Positions 62,042 to 64,000 of a stretch of 64,000 nt of DNA are shown here, one piece after another. Each line of letters opens with the position of its first letter. Position 1 is the stretch's first letter. Origin of the DNA: Bacteroidales bacterium. Its GTDB lineage: Bacteria; Bacteroidota; Bacteroidia; Bacteroidales; GCA-2748055. The position numbers and the translations under genes were made by a program. The stretch spans positions 6,465-70,464 of the forward strand of contig JAOZUK010000004.1 in NCBI GenBank assembly GCA_029938715.1, given 5' to 3'. The notes below the pieces were generated by a model. It worked only from the letters and a program-made list of their open reading frames with translations, had not been told where the DNA came from and ran no database searches.

Positions 62042-62515
62042 ATGTTCATTATAGAACACAGAATCTCAAAGGAATTCCTTGTTGCCGAAGTTATTCCTAT
62101 TGAAGAACAGGACTTTAAGCACATAACGAAAATCAAATTCTGGTTTAACTGGAAGAAGGAGAAAGAACATGATGTTTACAAGATCCGAATCAAGGGAACA
62201 ACAGGAATCCTGGGATTGTTATCCCTTGAAAACCACCCGGAAGAGTCCAGGATAGAAATCAGGTTGTTGGCTGTATCAAAAGAGAACAGGGGCAGAAAAC
62301 GAAAATATGGTCACATCGCTGGGAATCTCATAGCTTCTGCATGCATCCGCACCCTAAAACAATACGGGGAATGGACCTGTGTATCTCTCGTGCCAAAGAC
62401 CGACTTGATTGACCATTATATGAAGAAATATAAATTTCAAAGGGCTGGCCGAAGCTTGTTCTTAGATGGCAGAGAGTTGATTGAACTAATCAGGAGGTAT
62501 GATCATGACGGATAA
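62042..62515 (+). CDS. GNAT-fold acetyltransferase-like protein (toxin-like partner)
   Basis: RIEIRLLAVSKENRGRKRKYGHIAGNLIASACIRTLKQYG resembles the GNAT motif A (R/Q-x-x-G-x-G/A). HYMKKYKFQRAG resembles motif B. Confidence 0.6.
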   Translation: MFIIEHRISKEFLVAEVIPIEEQDFKHITKIKFWFNWKKEKEHDVYKIRIKGTTGILGLLSLENHPEESRIEIRLLAVSKENRGRKRKYGHIAGNLIASACIRTLKQYGEWTCVSLVPKTDLIDHYMKKYKFQRAGRSLFLDGRELIELIRRYDHDG

Positions 62516-63038
62516 CAGACAAAAAAAAGAATTGGAAGACTTCAAATATCTGATTGATTCCCGTCACCTTACAAATGAGCAACGGGAAGAAGAGAAAAGT
62601 GCATTACTCAAAGCCAGGGAAGCCCGGTTCAGGATAAGGCCAGCCCATGAGATCAGGGAAGCAAAACTGATGCAACTGAGATACCAGATGGAAGAATACC
62701 TGAACAAACCTGAAAGCAATCCTGGCCCACGTTTTCCTGAATTCCTCAGAATCTATGTGGATACCCTCCATAAAAAGAGGAAAGAATTCGCCGCCGACCT
62801 GAGCATCAAACCCATCATCCTGAGCCAGGTACTGAACAGACACCGGGAACCTCAAGAAGTCTTCCTGCAAAGACTCATCCTCCATTCAGCGAATACCTAT
62901 CAACATATCGGTAAAATTCGCAAGGATCTTTGGCTAAAGGTCTATTACCAGGATAAACTAAACCACTTCCTCTCCACACAGGACAAAGTTCAGGAATCCC
63001 AAGCCAAATATGTGACCAACAGAAGGCTTGACCCATAA
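62499..63038 (+). CDS. XRE/HigA-like helix-turn-helix protein with ~80-aa charged N-terminal extension
   Basis: PGPRFPEFLRIYVDTLHKKRKEFAADLSIKPIILSQVLNRHREPQEVFLQRL fits the HigA/VapI-type HTH pattern. It overlaps the upstream gene by 17 nt. Confidence 0.65.
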   Translation: MIMTDNRQKKELEDFKYLIDSRHLTNEQREEEKSALLKAREARFRIRPAHEIREAKLMQLRYQMEEYLNKPESNPGPRFPEFLRIYVDTLHKKRKEFAADLSIKPIILSQVLNRHREPQEVFLQRLILHSANTYQHIGKIRKDLWLKVYYQDKLNHFLSTQDKVQESQAKYVTNRRLDP

Positions 63039-63061
63039 GAATTAAAGCATTCAAAACTATT

Positions 63062-64000
63062 CTAATTCAGCAAGATCTTCACTTCAACCCTGGTACCAGA
63101 GGGAAGCTTGTTCTCATCATACAGATCCTCTATCTCAAATGTGATTCTGACTTTTTCCAGCTTCTCAAAAATATCCAGTGTCTTCTGAACAATTCTCAGG
63201 CCATTACCCGATCCAAAACTTCCGATTTCAGATGCTTCCCTCCTGCCAATCCCATTGTCTTCTATACAAATATAGAGGTAACCATTTCGTTCAATGGAAT
63301 ATACCCGAATCAAACCTTTGCGATCCTCTAAATGCATGATCCCATGTTTGAGGGCATTCTGCACAAAATTCTGAATGAGCATTTTGGGAATCTGGACCTG
63401 ATCCATAAAAACTTCCTCCACATCAATGTTGAAGCTGAACAAATCACCCAGCCTCAGGTTTTCAAGGGTCAGGTAATCTCTCACAAACCGGATCTCCTCC
63501 CTCAGTGAGATGGTCATCCTTTCCGAATTCTCCAGTGAGGATTGCATGAGCTTGGACATCCTGGAGAGGTAAGATTGAGCATGTGCTTTGTCGCCTTTGT
63601 GGTAATAACTGGAAATACTGGTCAGGGCATTGAACATAAAATGAGGATCCAGCTGTTGCATCACATTGGCGAGCTGATAATGCATCACCTGTCGTTCCAG
63701 CGACTGCCTGGATTCAATGCGTCTCCTCTGCAAGTTTGCAAAGAAAGTAAAGAGGAGATAATAGGCTAAAAACATGATCAGCAGAAGCAAAAACCTGAAT
63801 GGATAGAGGGGATTCCTGGCGTATCTCATGAGGAGGTTTTCGGGGTGCAGAAAGAGGTTCACATAGTGATCCTTTCCATTTGAAAAAGAGGTGATAACTG
63901 GCTTCATCTCATGATATCCCACGTCCAGTTTAACCAGATGGGTAAAATTGCTTCGATAGATGTTTAATACCCGAAAGTCGGTAAAATAGACCTGTTCTTT
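63062..64000 (-). CDS. LytS/YehU-type sensor histidine kinase; N-terminus probably beyond the right edge
   Basis: A His_kinase (PF06580-like) region (QLANVMQQLDPHFMFNALTSI) and an HATPase_c region (NFVQNALKHG, DNGIG, GSGNGL). The frame upstream of the track GTG at 63922 stays open to position 64000. Confidence 0.85.
   Translation of the reverse strand, partial: KEQVYFTDFRVLNIYRSNFTHLVKLDVGYHEMKPVITSFSNGKDHYVNLFLHPENLLMRYARNPLYPFRFLLLLIMFLAYYLLFTFFANLQRRRIESRQSLERQVMHYQLANVMQQLDPHFMFNALTSISSYYHKGDKAHAQSYLSRMSKLMQSSLENSERMTISLREEIRFVRDYLTLENLRLGDLFSFNIDVEEVFMDQVQIPKMLIQNFVQNALKHGIMHLEDRKGLIRVYSIERNGYLYICIEDNGIGRREASEIGSFGSGNGLRIVQKTLDIFEKLEKVRITFEIEDLYDENKLPSGTRVEVKILLN

Noticed and set aside
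62492-62497. AGGAGG Shine-Dalgarno-like hexamer just before the HTH gene ATG
   Set aside because: It ends only 1 nt before the ATG, which is too close. It lies in the coding sequence of the upstream gene (codons for RRY). Bacteroidota generally do not use SD-dependent initiation.

Overview
The window looks like a chromosomal segment from a Bacteroidota genome. Evidence: perfect TAnnTTTG -7 promoter boxes and no Shine-Dalgarno sites, a TonB-dependent receptor paired with DUF4249, DUF4199, a 287-aa primary sigma factor, and a Rho with a long N-terminal insertion. It is gene-dense and mostly housekeeping. Recognisable genes include gap, aconitase, miaA, the ilvD-ilvB-ilvN-ilvC operon, rmuC, trkA/trkH, comEC, def, ruvX, nifJ (PFOR), rho, rpoD, recQ, guaB, a SurA/parvulin/OstA outer-membrane biogenesis cluster and recG. 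I found no rRNA, tRNA, CRISPR array, transposase or integrase. Features the ORF track cannot show are an SRP (4.5S) RNA at 21354-21450 (-), a 22-aa Val/Leu/Ile-rich leader peptide with terminator and antiterminator upstream of ilvD, a 41-aa lipoprotein ORF, several intrinsic terminators, and a large BNR/sortilin-like gene running off the left edge. Three small low-GC accessory islets interrupt the backbone. They are (1) a class II fic gene flanked by a 34-bp direct repeat and sitting beside gene remnants, (2) an AbiEii-type nucleotidyltransferase with a small non-canonical upstream partner, and (3) an overlapping GNAT-like plus HigA/XRE-like gene pair with a palindromic operator candidate. I did not find a large multi-gene system of unknown function. 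The best candidates for undescribed biology are the GNAT/HTH pair, the AbiEii variant pair, the fic insertion scar, and the rho locus with its (RGDN)n disordered insertion and 21-bp-phased leader repeats. All functional calls come from reading translated motifs by eye; no database search was possible.
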